Assembly: GCF_009914755.1 (NCBI RefSeq)
Contig: NC_060939.1
Strand: one strand, 5' to 3'
DNA: 64,000 nucleotides
Source: the human T2T-CHM13v2.0 reference genome, Homo sapiens
This document shows, one piece after another, positions 33,033 through 49,575 of this stretch. A program made the position numbers and the translations under genes. Below the pieces are notes generated by a model. That model searched no databases. It worked only from the letters and a program-made list of their open reading frames with translations, and was not told the DNA's origin. Numbering within the stretch: the first letter of the stretch is position 1; each line of letters opens with the position of its first letter.

Positions 33033-36000
33033 CAATCTTGTTTACTCTTTCCATGAAACAACTTCTAAATTTGTGTGGTTTTTCATATGGTTTTCCACAT
33101 CCCAACTTCCTTCAGTTCAGCTGTGATTTTGGTTATTTTTTGTCTTGTCCTAGCTGTGGGGTTGGTTGTCCTTGTTTCTCTAGTCCCTCTAAGAGTGATA
33201 TTAGATTGTTAATTTGAGATATTTCTAACTTTTTGATGTGGGTGTTTGATGTTATAAACTTATCCCTTAATGCTGCTTTATCTGTGTCCCACAGATTCTG
33301 GTATGTTGTATATTTGCTGTCATTAGTTTCAAAGAATTTCTTGATTTCTGCCTTAATTTCTTTATTTAACCAAAAATCATTCAGAAGAAGGTTGCTTAAT
33401 TTCCATGTAACTGTATGGTTTTGAGTAATTTTCTTGGTATTGGTTTCTATTCTGAGAATGTGGTTTGTATAATTTCAGTTTTTTTAATTTGCTGAGGATT
33501 GTTTTATCACTGAGTGTATGTTCAATTTTAGAGTATGTGCCATGTGTTCAGAAGAATGTATATTCTGTTGTTTTGGGGTGAAGTGTTCCTTAGATGTTCA
33601 TTAGATCTATTTGGTTAAGTGTCAACTTCAGGTCATAAATATCTTCATCAGTTTTCCAAGTTGATGGTCTGTCTAATACTGTCAGTGGGGTTTGGAATTC
33701 TGTGGCTATTATTTTGTGATTATCAAAGTGTCTTCTAGGTCTCTAAGAACTCATTTTATGAATCTGCGTGCTTCAGTGTTAGGTGCATATATATTTGTCA
33801 TAGTTAGATCTTCTTGTTAAATGGAACCCTTTACCCTTTCTTTGTCTTTTTATCTTTATTTTTTTAGTCTTTTTTTTTTTGCCTGAAATTAGAATAGTAA
33901 CCTCTGCTTTTTTCTATTTTCCATTTGCTTGGTAGATTTTTCTTCATCCCTTTACTTTGAGCCTGAGTGTGGTCTCTTGAAGTGGGTCTCTTGAAGCCAA
34001 CATACAGTTGAGTCTTGCTTCTGTACTGAACCTGCCACTCTGTACTTTTTAATTAGGGAATTTAGCCTGTTCACATTCAAGATTAATATTGATATGTATA
34101 GATTTAATCCTGTGATTGTGTTACCTGGTTATTATGCAGACTTTTTTGTATGGTTACTTTATAGTGTTAATGCTTTATGTACTTAAGTGTGTTTCTGTAG
34201 TGACTGGTAATGGCCTTGCCATATTTAGCACTCCCATCGGGTCTCTTGTAAGGCAGGTCTGGTGGTAATGAATTACCTTAGCATTTGCTTGTCTGAAAAT
34301 AATCTCATTTCTCCTTCACTCATGAAGCTTAGTTTGATCGGATGTGAAATTCCTGGTTGAAATTCTTTTCTTTAAGAATGCTAAATATACATCCTGCCCC
34401 ACCCCCTCACCCCCACTTCCTGCAGTCTCTTCAGGCTTGTAAGGTTTCTGCTGAAAGGTCCACTGTTAGTGTGATAATGTTCCCTTTTGTGGGTAACCTA
34501 CACCTTCTCTCTAGTTGCCTTTAACATTGTTTCTTTCATTTCAACTTTGGAGAATCTGTTGACTAAGTGTCTTAGGGATGGTCGTCTTGTGTAGTATCTG
34601 ACTGAATTTCTCTGAATTTCCTGAATTTGAATGTTGATATCTCTAACGAGTTTGGGAAAAGTTTCTTGGATAATATCCTAGAATGTTTTCCAAGTGGCAT
34701 TCTTTCACTCCTTCTCTTTCAGGGACACCAATAAGCCATAATTTGGTCTCTATACATAATCTCATATTTCTTGGAGGTTTTGTATATTATTCTTTCACCT
34801 TTTTAAAAATTTTCATCTGAGGTATTTCAGAGAACCAGTCTTTGAGCTCTGAGATTATTTATTTTTATTTTTTGAGATGGAGTTTCGCTCTGTCACCCAG
34901 GCTGGAGGGCAGTGATGTGATCTCGGCTCACTGCAAGTTCTGCCTCCCAGGTTCACACCATTCTCCTGCCTCAACCTCCTGAGTAGCTGGCACTACAGGC
35001 GCCCGCCACCATGCCTGGCTAATTTTTTGTATTTTTAGCAGAGACAGGGTTTCACTGTGTTAGTCAGGATGGTCTCGATCTCCTGGCCTCGTGATACACC
35101 CACCTTGGCCTCCCAAAGTGCTGGGATTACAGGCATGAGCCACCACGCCCAGCCTCTGAGATTCTTTTCTATGCTTGGTTGATTCTCCTGTTAATAGTGG
35201 CCATTATATTCTGAAATTCTTGAAGTGATTTTTTTCAGCTCTATCAAATGAGTTTTGTTATGTCTTAAAATGCCAATTTTGTCTTTTATCTTTTGTATCA
35301 TTTTATTTTATACCTTGGAAACCTTGGATTGGGTTTTGACTTTCTTCTGAATATTGATTATCTTTGTTCCTATCCATGTTCTGAATTCTATTTCTGTCAT
35401 TTCAGCCATTTCAACCTGGTTAAGAACCATTATTTGGGAAGTGGGCTGATGTTCCTTCAGTCTTTGTAATTATTGTCCTTTGGATGAGTTATTTTGCTTT
35501 TATCTTCTTTGATGCCCCTGGGGATTTGATTGTGGTATATGGTGGGGTAAGTCAATTGGCTTTATTTCTGGAAGATTTTAGGCTGAGTTCAGTACTCCTG
35601 GGATGTGTGCTCTAACTCTGTGAGGCTGATATCCAGCCTCCAGCTTTGTTCTCTGTCCTGTCAAAGTTAGGAACCTGCTGCACTGGAAGGGCAAGATATT
35701 TACGAACGACTGGCCAGAACACTCCAATGGGTGGTGCTGGCTAAAGCACTCTATCAGGGTGGCGATGGTAGAATCCATGCTTATTTGCACATGTCAGCAG
35801 CAGTGGCAGCACACTGAAGAGCACATGCCTCAGCTGGGATAGGGCACTGGTGGTTGCTGGACTGCTGGCCCCCATGGGTACATTCACACCAGCAATGGCA
35901 ACACAGTCAGGGGAGGCAGGGGGTGTACTCATGCCAGCAGCAGTGGCCCAGAGAGGTGCATGTGCACACACGGGCAGGTGGAGGAGAGAAGGTGAGGTCT

Positions 36001-36668
36001 GCCCACATGCACACATGTGCTGGCAAAGTGGTAGCAAGGTGACTGTGGGCAAGTGCATGCCAGTAAAGTGGCATGGGGGAGGCTGTAGTCAGCCTTGGGT
36101 GTGGGTGGACTGGGTGTATGTCAACAGGGAACACTCTGCTGGAGCTCCCTGACAGTCTAGCACAGGCTGCAGTGAAGCAGGTATGATGTGGGCCCCTGGG
36201 AGGCAGCTTAGTTAGGGATGTGAGGCTGCACTACAAGCGAGTGCAGCCAAGCTGGGGCTCTAGGAGAAACCAGCAGATAGGGGTCACTGAGATTGGAATA
36301 GCCCCATCTCACAGGCAAGATCACCCTGCTGTGTTCAAGTCCAACAGTTGACCTAAGACTGAAGTCTCCTAGGGGAGCACGGTGAGCCTTGGGTAATGGG
36401 CATCCCTTCTTGTGCTCCGCTACAGACATTCCAGCAACAAACCCTCTGGGCTTTACACAGGCTGGAGTCCTACCCTTATTACCTCTCTAAACAGCTCTTC
36501 CTGCAAGCTCAAGTGTCCTTGGTGGTCATGGGTTGCTGCCAGGATTCCAGATGGCCGTAGTAAGAGTAGATCACTCCTTGCCTGTTCAACTCACCCCTTC
36601 CTCAGAAATCACTGGGGGCCAGGAATGAGGCCCAGTGTACAGTTGCCTTGTACAGGGTTCCCAGCTAT
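33033..36668 (-). mobile_element. Older primate L1 (L1PB/old L1PA) 5' half: endonuclease, ORF1 and 5'UTR remnants
   Basis: cagattctggtatgttgta (EN), catgaagcttagtttg and gaaaggtccactgttagt (ORF1), GC-richer 5'UTR 35560-36665. Confidence 0.8.
34857..35154 (-). mobile_element. AluY-like
   Basis: caggatggtctcgatctcctg; TSD tctgagatt. Confidence 0.92.
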
Positions 36669-36856
36669 ATTAAGTGGAATTGTTTTTTGAGGTTCATTTT
36701 TCAGCTGATTTGCAGTATAATAGAATGCATTTGTTTTTTATTGACCTTGTATGCTACAACATTACTGAATTTTATGTTCTAATCTTATATTAGTGGATTC
36801 CTTAGGATTTTGTATATACTAGATCATTTTACTGGCACATAGAGACAGTTTGATTT

Positions 36857-37152
<296 letters not shown>

Positions 37153-37639
37153 TGATTCATTTAATTCTGATAGTGTTATATTTAGTTTTCTAGCGTAACT
37201 TATTGACTATATCCTCAATTACAATTTATAATAGAATGGTGGTAATGGATAACCTTTTTGAGTTTTTAATCTTGGAAAAATTACTGAGACTTTCTTGATA
37301 CCATGTGTTGTTATGTGAGCTTTTCATGGATGTCTGTTTTCAAGTAAAGAACATTCCCTTTCCTGCATAATTTTTTCATGTTTTTACCATGAGTAGGTTT
37401 GGGATTTTTCAAATGCTTGTTACATATCCTTGGAGATCATCATGAGGCTTTTGTTTTTCCATCTATTAATAAAATGTATTACATTAATTGTTTTTATATA
37501 TTTTATCAAACTTACAATCCTGACATAAGTACCCTTAGTCAGAGTGTATAAACGTGTTTTAGGAACCTGAATTATTTGGTTATTTCTTTGAGGATTATTG
37601 CCTCAGTATTCATAAGACATATTGGTCTATAATTTTCCT

Positions 37640-37977
<338 letters not shown>

Positions 37978-38746
37978 TAAAATATCTCTGTCTAGTTGTA
38001 ATATCAGAGTAATCTGCCTCATAGAATGCATTAGGCAGTAATCTCTCCTCTGTTGTTTTTATTTTCTTTTATGAAGAATTAATGAAGGATCATTATTAAG
38101 TTTTTAATGGGTCAAGAGAAAGTTACCACTGAGGTCTTCTCTACCTGGGCAACAATTGACTCCTAACAACCACTATAAGCTTGGAAGATGATCCCTCCCC
38201 AGCTGATCCTTCAGGTGAGTCCTCAGCAACATCTACATCTGGATTTCTGACCCAGAGAAACTGTGAGTAATATGTATGTGTGGTTTTTTTAGCCTCTGAG
38301 TTATGTGGCAACTGGCTATGGTGCAATAAATAAGTAATGCATCTGACAGTAAGTGTAATGTGTTATCCTGGAGTGAATCCAAAAATTTAAAAATGACATC
38401 AGTAGAAAACCTGGTAAAATATGAATAAAGTCTGTACTTTAGTTAGTAGTTTTATACCTTTATCAATTTCCATGTTTTCATACATATTCTATCTATGGTT
38501 ATATAAGTTGTCAACATTAAAGGAAGTTGTAGGGTAGATGAAATCCTATATAATATTTTTTAACTTTCCGTAAATATAAATTTATTTCAAAATTAAAGAG
38601 TAGAGACATAATTCGAGTATCTGACATCATAACTTGGTCTAAACTTAATTGACTCTTCCTGGAACCTTAACCTCTGGGTGCAAATATAGTAAACATTATA
38701 AATTATGAATTATATGAATTTATTTTTCATTTACTCTATTATTTAA

Positions 38747-39124
<378 letters not shown>

Positions 39125-39278
39125 AGAGCAGAATATTTTATGAATACCATAATGCATCTACACTTGCCTTGACTATTTATAAAGTGGTTTGTATGATTAT
39201 CATCTATATGATCATAAAGACAACTGAGAAAGAAAAATTTATAGTTATGCAACTTTTCTGGATTTAAGAATAGGATCT

Positions 39279-39446
39279 GGCCAGGCGTGGTAGCGTGTCT
39301 GTGGTCCCAGCTGCTAGGAAGCATGAGGCAGAGGGATCACTTGAGACCAGCTGTTTGAGGTCATAGTTTGCTATGGTTGCACCTGTGAACAGCCACTGCA
39401 CTGCAGCCTGGGCAAAATGGCATCACCCTGTCTCAAATAAATAAAT
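39279..39446 (+). mobile_element. Alu monomer, paralogue of 2512-2692
   Basis: Single arm, shared flanks. Confidence 0.8.
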
Positions 39447-40166
39447 ATTTGAGTTGGACTGTAATTTTTAGGTATCATTGTTCATATTTATTTGATTAGG
39501 ACTGGAATTCTCCTGCTACAGATTTTTCTGTTTTTAGAAAGCAATACAAACTTTCATGTAACTCAGTGCCATGTCTATCTTCCTCCTCAATGTATAACTT
39601 GAACTATAGACTAATTATCTCACCATATTTGTTTTATTTCTGTCATTTCTTGTTTGCTTTTGAGGTTTCTCTCTGCATCATGGCTATAAACTATAGCCCT
39701 GCCCAACAGGACTCGAGGGTTTAGTACTGAATTTTCACGGTATGCTTTTCATGGGATGCTTATTTATGCTGGTGGATGGCCTAATGTCTAATTGTCTGAC
39801 CTGTAACCAGGTTTCTCTCTCACAGAATACCCATTTATATTGGAATACATCCTTATGGCTCCTTTCTGACCCATGTTCAGTTTATCCCTACCAAGGTAGA
39901 CATTCTTTAAGAGTACTGAGGGGGACAAAAACGTGAGGTCCAAGTATGTTGGTCAAGTGAGACACCTAAGAGACAACACAACAAAAGGCATGAAATATCC
40001 CTCAGTTTATGACTAACAGATCCTGGAGAGAAGAGGGCAGCATTCTTTGGAGGGCCAATGGGAAGGGGAGAACTCTCTGAAACAAACACTCCCAAACAGC
40101 AGGGGTCAAGGGGAGCAAAGAGAGAGAAAAATGCATGATGGACCAGCAGGCTGAAGCATTTATTGG

Positions 40167-40712
40167 TGTATAATCTGTGTTTTTCAGAGATACAAAACCA
40201 ATAGATGATGGAGATAGATAGGTAGATAGATAGATAGATATAGAGGCAATTTATTAGGCATGGGCTCATGTGATTATAGAGGCTGAAAAGTCCCAAGGCA
40301 GGTCATCTGTAAGCTTAGGACCCTAAGATGCTGGTAATGTGGCCCAGTCCAACATCACATCTTCAGAACCATGGAAGCCCTTGAGGTAATTCTCAATTTA
40401 AGGCCAAAAGCCTAAAAATCTGAGTAAGCCCTGAGTTTCAAGGGCAGACATCTTTGATTTCTGTTGTCCAAGGACAGGAAAAGAAATATCCCTCCTCCAG
40501 GAGAGAGAGACAGGAAAAAAATTTTGCCTTTTTGGTTGTATTTAGCCTCAAGGAGATTGGATGGTGCTTGTTTTTCTTGGTGGTGGATCTTTACCCCTCA
40601 GTCAAATGACGCACACACCAAACTCCTCACTCACAGACTCAGAAGTAATGTTTTACCAGTTCTCTTGGTATTCATTAATCCAGTCAGTGTGATACATAAA
40701 ATTAACCATCCC
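40167..40712 (-). mobile_element. MLT2 3' LTR of HERV-L, with (GATA)n
   Basis: tgtataatctgtgtttttcagagatacaaaaccaatag ... cataaaattaaccatc; preceded by ATTGG. Confidence 0.85.
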
Positions 40713-40739
40713 AAGCCCATCACTTTTCCACTTGGCACC

Positions 40740-43023
40740 TGATATTGTTTGGCTGTGTCCCCACCCAAGTCATCTTGAATTGTAGTTCCCATAATTCCCA
40801 CATGCTGCAGGAAGGCCCCAGTGGGAGGTAATTGAATAATGGAGGCAGTTACCTCCATGCTGCTGTTCTCATGATAGTGAGTGATTTCTCATGAGATCTG
40901 ATGGTTTTATAAGGGGCTTTCTCCCCAATTTTTTGGCACTTCTCCTTCCTGCTACCAAGTGAAGAAAAACATGTTTGCTTTCCCTTCCACCATGATTGTA
41001 AGTTTCCTGAGGCCTCCCCAGCCATGCTGAACAGTAAGTCAATTAAACTGCTTTCTGTTATAAGTTACCCAGTCTCAAGTATGTCTTTATTAGCAGTGTG
41101 AGATTGGACTAATACAGTAAATTGGTACCAGGAATGGGGTACTGCTATAAAGATACCCCAAAATATGGAAGCGACTTTGCAACTGGATAACAGGCAGAGG
41201 TTGAAACAGTTTGGAGGGCTTAGAAGAAGACAGGAAAATGTGGGAAAGTTTGGAGCTTTCTGGAGACTTGATGAATGCCTTTGACCAAAATGATGTTAGT
41301 GATACAAACAATGAAGTCCAGGCTGAGGTGGTCTCAGATGGAGATGAGGAACTTGTTGGTTACTGAAGTAAAGGACACTCTTGCTATGCAAAGAGACTGG
41401 TGGCATTTTGCTCCTGCCCTAGAGATCTGTGGAACTTTGAACTTGAGAGAGATGATTTAGGCTATCTGGCAGAAGAAATTTATAAGCAGCAAAGCGTTCA
41501 AGAGAAAACACAACATAAAAGTTTGGGAAATTTGCAGCCTGACAATGGGAAATAAAAGAAAAGCTGATTTTCTTGGGAGAAATTCAAGCCAGCTGCAGAA
41601 ATTTGCATCAGTAATGAGGAGCCTAATGTTAATCACCAATACAATTGGGAAGTGTCTCTAGGGCATGTTAGAGAACTTTATGGCAGCCCCACCCATCACA
41701 GGTCTGGAGGCCTAGAGGGAAAAATGCTTTGTGGACTAGGCCCAGGCCCCCCTGCTCTGTGCAGCCTCAGGACATGGTGCCCTGCATCCCATCTGCTTTG
41801 GCTCCAGCTGCTCAAGCTAAAAGGGGCCAAGGTACAGCTCAGGCCATTGGTTCAGAGGGTGCAAGCCCCAAGCCTTGGTGATTTACACATGGTGTTGGGC
41901 CTGCAGGCACACAGAAGTCAAGAATTGAGGTTTGGGAACCTTTGCCTAGATTTCAGAGGATGCATGGAAATGCCTGGGTGTCCAGGTAGAAGTTTGACAG
42001 AGCCCTCATGGAGAACCTCTCCTAAGGCACTGAGGAAGGGAAATGTGGGGTTGGAACCCCCACACAGAGTACCCACTGTGGCACTGCCTAGTGGAGCTGT
42101 GAGAAGAGGGCCAACATCCTCCAGACTATAGAAAGGTAGATCCACCGACAGCTTGCACCGTGTCCCTGGAAAAGCCAGACACTCAATGCCAGCTGTGAAA
42201 GCAGCTGGGAGGGGGGCTGTACCCTGCAAAGCCACAGGGGCAGAGCTGCCCAATGCCATTGGAGCCCACCTCTTGGATCAGCATGAGCTGGATGTAAGAC
42301 ATGGAGTCAAAGGAGATCATTTTGGAACTTTAAAGTTTAATGACTGCCTTCTTGGATTTTAACTTGCATGGGGCCAGTAGCACCTTCATTTTGGCCAACT
42401 TCTCCCACTTGGAACAGGTGTATTTATCCAATGCCTGTACGCTCATTGTATCTAGGAAGTGACTAAGTTGCTTTTGATTTTACAGGCTCATAGGTGGAAG
42501 GGACTTGCCTTGTCTCAGATGAGACTTTGGACTTGGACTTTTGGGTTAATCCTGGAATGAGCTAAGACTTTTGGGGACTGTTCAAAAGGCATGATTGTGT
42601 TTTGAAATATGAGGACATGAAATTTGGGAGGGGCCAAGGCTGGAAAGATATGGTTTGGCTTTGTCCCCACCCAAATGTCATCTTGAATTGTAGTTCCCAT
42701 AATCCCCACTGTCATGGGAGAGACCTGGTGGGAGGTAATTGAATCATGATGTCACTTAACCCAATGCTACTCTTCTTGTGATAGTGAGTGAGTTCCCATG
42801 AGATTTGGTGGTTTTAAAAGGGGCTTTCCCCGCTTTTGCTCAGTACTTCTTTTTCCTGCCACCATGTGACGAAGGACGTGTTTGCTTCCCCTTCTTCCAT
42901 GATTGTAAGTTTCCTGAGGCCTCCCCAGCCATGCTGAACTGTGAGTCAATTAAACCTCTTTCCTTTATAAATCACCCAGTCTCAGGTATGTGTTTATTAG
43001 CAGGATGAGAATAGACTAATACA
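40740..43023 (+). mobile_element. Complete THE1 element (THE1D-like): LTR 40740-41116, internal, LTR 42646-43023
   Basis: Two LTRs and perfect 5-bp TSD GCACC. Confidence 0.93.
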
Positions 43024-44192
43024 GCACCCATATCATTTCCTTAACTGAAAACTAATCTCCAAATGGGTGACTTAATGTTCTACCTCCTGAATATACTGGA
43101 GTGGAGGTTGGACCCCACAATGTCTCAGGCAGCATCACCTTTATGGATTTTCTTGGTGCAGTTCATTCAGCTGTTTTTACTGATTGTACTTAAAGGTTTC
43201 CCAGACAGGCATTACATAGTGTAGGTGACTTCACAATTCTGGGGTCCTGGTAGTGGTACTACTTCCTCTAGTCCACTAATCATTAACTTAGTGAGGAATG
43301 TCTGTGGTGACCTCATTTCCATGGCTTCACTAGGGATTTCCCTGATGGGAACTCTTTGTAGCAGCTCCAGGCCCACGTTGGCACTTGGCATTGCTCTATT
43401 AGGGGCTTTCTGCAGTGGCTCTGCCCTGTGACAAGTCTCAGCCTCGGTTCCCAGGCTTGCAAAGAAATCGAAAGAAAATTGTGGAGGCTGCCAAGTCTTC
43501 AAAGCTCTTGCTTTCTGTAAGCCTACAGAATTAGCACCACAGGGACATCTCCAAGGTTTAGGACTTTTACATCCAAGAGCTGGGGCACAAACCCCACCTG
43601 AGGCTACTTTACCCAAAACATCTGGAATGCAGGGAGCAGCATCCTGACTTGGCACAGGGCAGTGCCTTCATTTGTCCACAGAAACCATCCTGTCCTCCAG
43701 AACCCCTGGGCCTGTGATGGGAGGGCAGCCTGAAAATGACTGAAATGCTGTGGGACCTCCTTCCCGTTGTCTTGACTATTAACACCTGGCTCCCGTTTAG
43801 CCACGCTAATCTCTGGCAAGCTGTGGCTCTGCCAAACACTTGGGTTTTTCTCCTGGAAATGCTCTTTTATTCTCTACCACATGGGCAGGCTACAACATTT
43901 TTTAATTGTTTTCTTGTCTTTTTTCTTTTCTCTATCAGTTCACATGAAGCATTTGGAAGTAAACACACGATGGACTGAACACTTTGCTGCTTAGAAACTT
44001 CTTCTTCCAGATTCCCTAGTTCATCATTAAGTAGTTAGGCCTCTCACAAAGCCCTTGGTCACGGATACAGGTCAGCCGTTCTTTACCCAATCAAAACAGG
44101 GATGGCCTTTACTGCAGTTACTAATATCTTGTTTTTTAGTTTCATCTGACATTTTGTCAGAATGGCCCTTATGTCAGTATTTCTATCAGCAG

Positions 44193-45113
44193 TGAGGACT
44201 AAACTCTGATTTTTTTATCTTGCCCAAATTCCTATCTAAAAGGTCTGGGGAGTCATGCCCTACAAATGATAAATTCTCATCAGATGGGTTTTATTTGACC
44301 CTGTATATCGTGACTTACTTTCCAACCTGACTGTGGCATAACATTACAAAAGAAGGAAGAAAATCAAAATATTTTACTCCAAAAACATGTTTCTTTGTTG
44401 CATTTTGAAATGGTCCTGCAAGCCATCCTTTGTGGAGGAAAATTCACGTCTGTAAAGAATCTCTATTAGCCTCTATATCTATAGAGGTTAATATATATCT
44501 ATATGTTAGCCTCTATATATATAATATAATATAATCTATATCTATAACCTCTATATCTATATCTGTAAAGAATCTCTATTAACCTCTATATCGAGGTATA
44601 ATCTCTATACCTCGACCTTTGTCTGTCAGGCCCTTCCAATTCTGAATAGATTAGGTAAGAGTGTAGCACCTTTTAAAGTCTGAATAGGCAACATTTGTCA
44701 TCTATTATCTCTAAGTGCAATGGCTATGAGACTTCAAAAGAACCTTGGTCTCCAAAGTCTTTTGTCTTAACCTGAACATTTCCTTTCTATTGATCCCAGG
44801 TCCTTGGAAAAAACTCAACCAATTGTCAACCAGAAAATGCTTAAATTTATCTATAGCCTGTAACCCCACCCCCCACTCCCTACCCTGCTTCAAGCTGTCC
44901 TGCCTTTCTGGAACAAACCAATGTATTCCTTAAACATATTTGATTGCTGTCTCATGCTTCCCTAAAATGTATAAAACCAAGCTGTACCCCAACCACCTTG
45001 GGCACATGTTCTCAGGACTTCCTGAGGGCTGTGTCATGGGCCGTGGTCACTCATATTTTGCTCAGAATAAATCTCTCTAAATATTTTACAGAGTTTGACT
45101 TTTTTGGTCAACA
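44193..45113 (+). mobile_element. MER4D/E-type solo LTR
   Basis: tgaggactaaactctgattttttt...gtcaaca; TSD GCAG; empty site atcagcagtctgg at ~9442. Confidence 0.85.
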
Positions 45114-45568
45114 GCAGTCTTGTCACAACCACTTGACCAATTTATAAGGACTCCCAAACTTTTCCTAGTCTTCTTGTATCTAACCCTTACAACAATGTAG
45201 GCTTTATCTAGCCTGCTTCTCCAGTCTTCCAGCCTCTGCCCATTACCCGTTTTCTGTGTTAGTCTCTTTTCTGTTGCATGTAATAGAATACAACAAAATC
45301 TGGGTAATTTATGAAAACAGGAAATGTATTTCTTACAGTTATGAAGGCTTATAAGTCTTCATAATAAGTCACCAAATGCGGGGCCACATTTGGTGAAAGC
45401 CTCTTGGTAGTGAGGACTCCCTAAAGAGTCCTGAGGTCATATCATGCAGGTGTCACCTGGCTCAGGGCTGAGCATGGTAGGACCGATCTCTTTTCCTCTT
45501 ATAAAGCCACCAGTTGCCCTGACCTGATAACTCACTAATCCATTAACACATTAATCCATAAATAGATG

Positions 45569-46511
<943 letters not shown>

Positions 46512-46645
46512 GACGATCCACTTAGGAAAGCAGAACACTCATTATCCATCCAATCACCTCTTAAAGGTCCCACCACTTGATACTGCCACACTGGGGATTA
46601 ACTTTTAAAATGAGTCTGGTGAAAGACAAATATTCCAGCCACAGC

Positions 46646-49575
46646 AGGTGCCAGGAGATCTCCTGTATTCTGGACATATTCTTCCATACCTTCATTGTGG
46701 AGTACTAGTTCAATTTTCCCCTAGTAGTCTGGATCAGTTACCCCAACAAACACTACAACTCACTTCTTCACCTGTTATTTCATAACATGAGGAGCCCAGT
46801 GTGGCTGAATGGCAGTCTTAACCTTCAGTTCAATGAACTAATTGGTGTGTCTTTAGTGGCAACATTCCTCTCTCTAGAATTAAGACCTCTAGGCCAGCAG
46901 AGCATATTGTTCCAGGAGCAGAAAGTAAATATTTCACTAGGGAGACATTAAGAGTAATATGAGTGGTGCCATTCTCATTTTTGTCCCTGGATTCCTAAAT
47001 CTGTAATTCTGGTTTGGGGAGAAAGAGTATTATATAATGGTTGCTGATTCACGGCATATACAGGATTCTAGAGAACCTTGCCCCATCCCTGAAAAGTATT
47101 GTTACCTAGAAGGTGCTGCAACTGTGAGTCCCAAAGGCTATTCCACCATTTATCAAGCTAGTTCCTTCAGGATTATGGGGAACACAGTAAGACCAGTGAG
47201 CTTCATGACCATAAGCCCACTGCTGCAATACTTTGGCTGTGATTTGAGTTCCTTAGAGCTAATGTTGTGTGGAATACAACGATGATGAGTAAAGCATACT
47301 GTTAGTCCACAGATTATCGTTTTGGCAGAAATCTTGTGTTCAAGGAAGTAAAATCCACATCTAGAGTAAATGTCTATTCCAGTAAGGGCAAAACACTGCC
47401 CCTTTCTTGATGAAAGATACTCAACATAATCATCCAAAAACTGGTAGTTTGCTGATCACCCTGAGAAATGGTGTCATATCAGAGACTCAGTGTTGGTCCG
47501 TGCAGCTGGCAGATGGACCACTCAGAGGGAGCCACAGCCAGGTTGGCCTTGGTGAGTGAAAGTCCTGTTGGTGTGAGCATGCATGATCATCCCTGACACC
47601 ATGGTCACTTTATTCATTAGCCTGTGGTGCAATGACAAGTGTGGCTGGAGAAAGAGGATAACAAGTATCTCAGAATGCATTATCCCATCCACTTGATTAT
47701 TGCAGACGTCCTCTGCTGAGATAACACATTGGTGGACATTCACATGGAAACAACTGTCTTCACTTTTTTTGCCTCTTCCCTTTTTTTGTGGATAGACTGT
47801 GGTACAAACTTGTATAATAGATCTCTTCAAGGAAGGATAGAAGAAAAATTAACAGTATAAAATGTAGGTAGTGTACCTGCATCCTTCTTTGAGGAGACCT
47901 GGCTGCTGTTTCTTACAAGGAGTTCTGGGACTGTAAACTGGCTGAAGTGTGAGAATTGAATGTGGGGCTATGATTCTGTGCTTTTTTATGACTCCAGTTA
48001 GACTTTTGCTTACTTGAGCTGAATTTTTTCTGCTTCTTCAGACCAAGTAAGCCTTTAGAAAGCTTTCTATCTATTTACTTTTTAAGAACACCATGGCTAA
48101 CTAGCAAACATCACAGATACATAGGAGTCAGAACAATTTGATTGTTGCTTTGCCTTTGCTGCTCATTTACATAATAATGCCGACTAGCCTTTGAAGGTTG
48201 ATTGCTGTCACTTGGCCCCAAGGCCCCCTGAGATCCAACATTTCCATTGCACTTAAATATTTAAGTGATGGTCTGTGGTTTCCATTATAAGATCTGGCCT
48301 ACAGGGAAGAGAGATCACAGAGTTCTTAAGACACACTGGGGCTTCCCACACTAATCTATTTCTCAAAGTATCATTAAAAAGTATGTCTTCTGGACCTTCT
48401 CTGTGTGGGTCAGTGACAAATCCACTCTAGCATTTCACTCTCCCCGAGTTTCTAAATTCCTTCCTCAAAGGTAAACAAAGAGAGATAGAGCATCTCCAAC
48501 TTGTTCATGGTAAACCACTCTTAGAACTAGAATTCAGCCAAACGTTGCAACAAACTGCTAACACCATTCCTAAATCCCCAAGCTGTGACATTTGAAGCAG
48601 AATATTTGCTTAGTGAGCTCATATCGATAAACTTGTCCTCATCCAACTTTATGTTCCCTCCACCATTATTCTGACTGTTAGAAGGAGATTTTTCAGTGCT
48701 GCAAAATAAAAGAAAATAGCGCCACTCGCATATAAATTTTCTCAGCAAGGCAAATTTACTCCTGCAGGAGGGTGCCCCTCGTAGGTCTGGTCACCGTGAG
48801 AGCACACACAAACAGAGGAAAGCAGAGGTTTTTATTATCTCTAATGCAGCTCATTCCCTGTTTACTGTGTCCTGCCTCCATTGGCTGGAGTTGGATCACA
48901 CAATGTAAGCTAAACCCAATTGGCTAACTTGAAAAGTGCAGGAATGCAGTTATACCAGTAGGAAGGTGGGAAGATCAGTTTCGGTGAATGTAGCTGTTGC
49001 AATGGGAGGGGTAATTCACAGAGTGGGTAGCAGATGTGGAATGTGGGCCCTATAGATAAGGACCAGCAGGAAAGTTGTTTACCAGGGCAGGGGGAACACA
49101 GAGAGTAAGGAAGTCTGGCTTTGAAAGCAGGGAAAAAAGGACAAGGAAAGTTAAGAAGGCTAAACCTTTGAAGAAGAATTTCTTACTGTATTCAACACTG
49201 ACCCTAAAAATCCATTTCCACAAATGTTCCCAGATTCTGCTTATATAAATTAGAAAACTCAAGTAGTTTGTTTCAGTGTGGTGCACCTTCTCATGGGTCA
49301 TGCATCATATATTACCTTTATGGCCTGCTAGGACTTGAGTCTTATAGGTCTGGAAGCAAAAAATGTGGCTGGAGTAGGGCCTGAAGAGAAGCAACATTGT
49401 ATTCCTTGGCAACTGCTTCAGGGAAGCTCATTACTTTTTCCTCATGCAATGCAGCGTTAATTTCCCCAGACAGAGGTGAAAGGGCCTATACATACACTGT
49501 TGGGGGGAAGGCCACTGCCATGGGGATGTGTGCGGGAGGCCACTTCCTCTGACAAACAAGACTCATCAGAATTTC
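46646..49575 (-). mobile_element. HERV-L internal: dUTPase and integrase (46646-~47830), then gag
   Basis: MDDYVEYLSSRKGQCFALTGIDIYSRCGFYF (IN); GGGNIKLDEDKFIDMS (gag); dUTPase-like segment ~46790-46840; gag resumes 55711-55923 and ~56700-56830. Confidence 0.88.
48676..49197 (-). mobile_element. LTR10-like (HERV-I) solo LTR
   Basis: tgttagaa...aaagaaaatagc...ttctcagcaaggcaa; perfect 5-bp TSD CTGAC. Confidence 0.75.

Noticed and set aside
35560-36665. GC-richer stretch with several ORFs as a gene or CpG island
   Set aside because: Continuous with antisense L1 ORF1, consistent with an old L1 5'UTR; CpG-depleted.
41652-42362. 159-aa and overlapping ORFs
   Set aside because: Lie within THE1 internal sequence; typical chance or relic MaLR ORFs.
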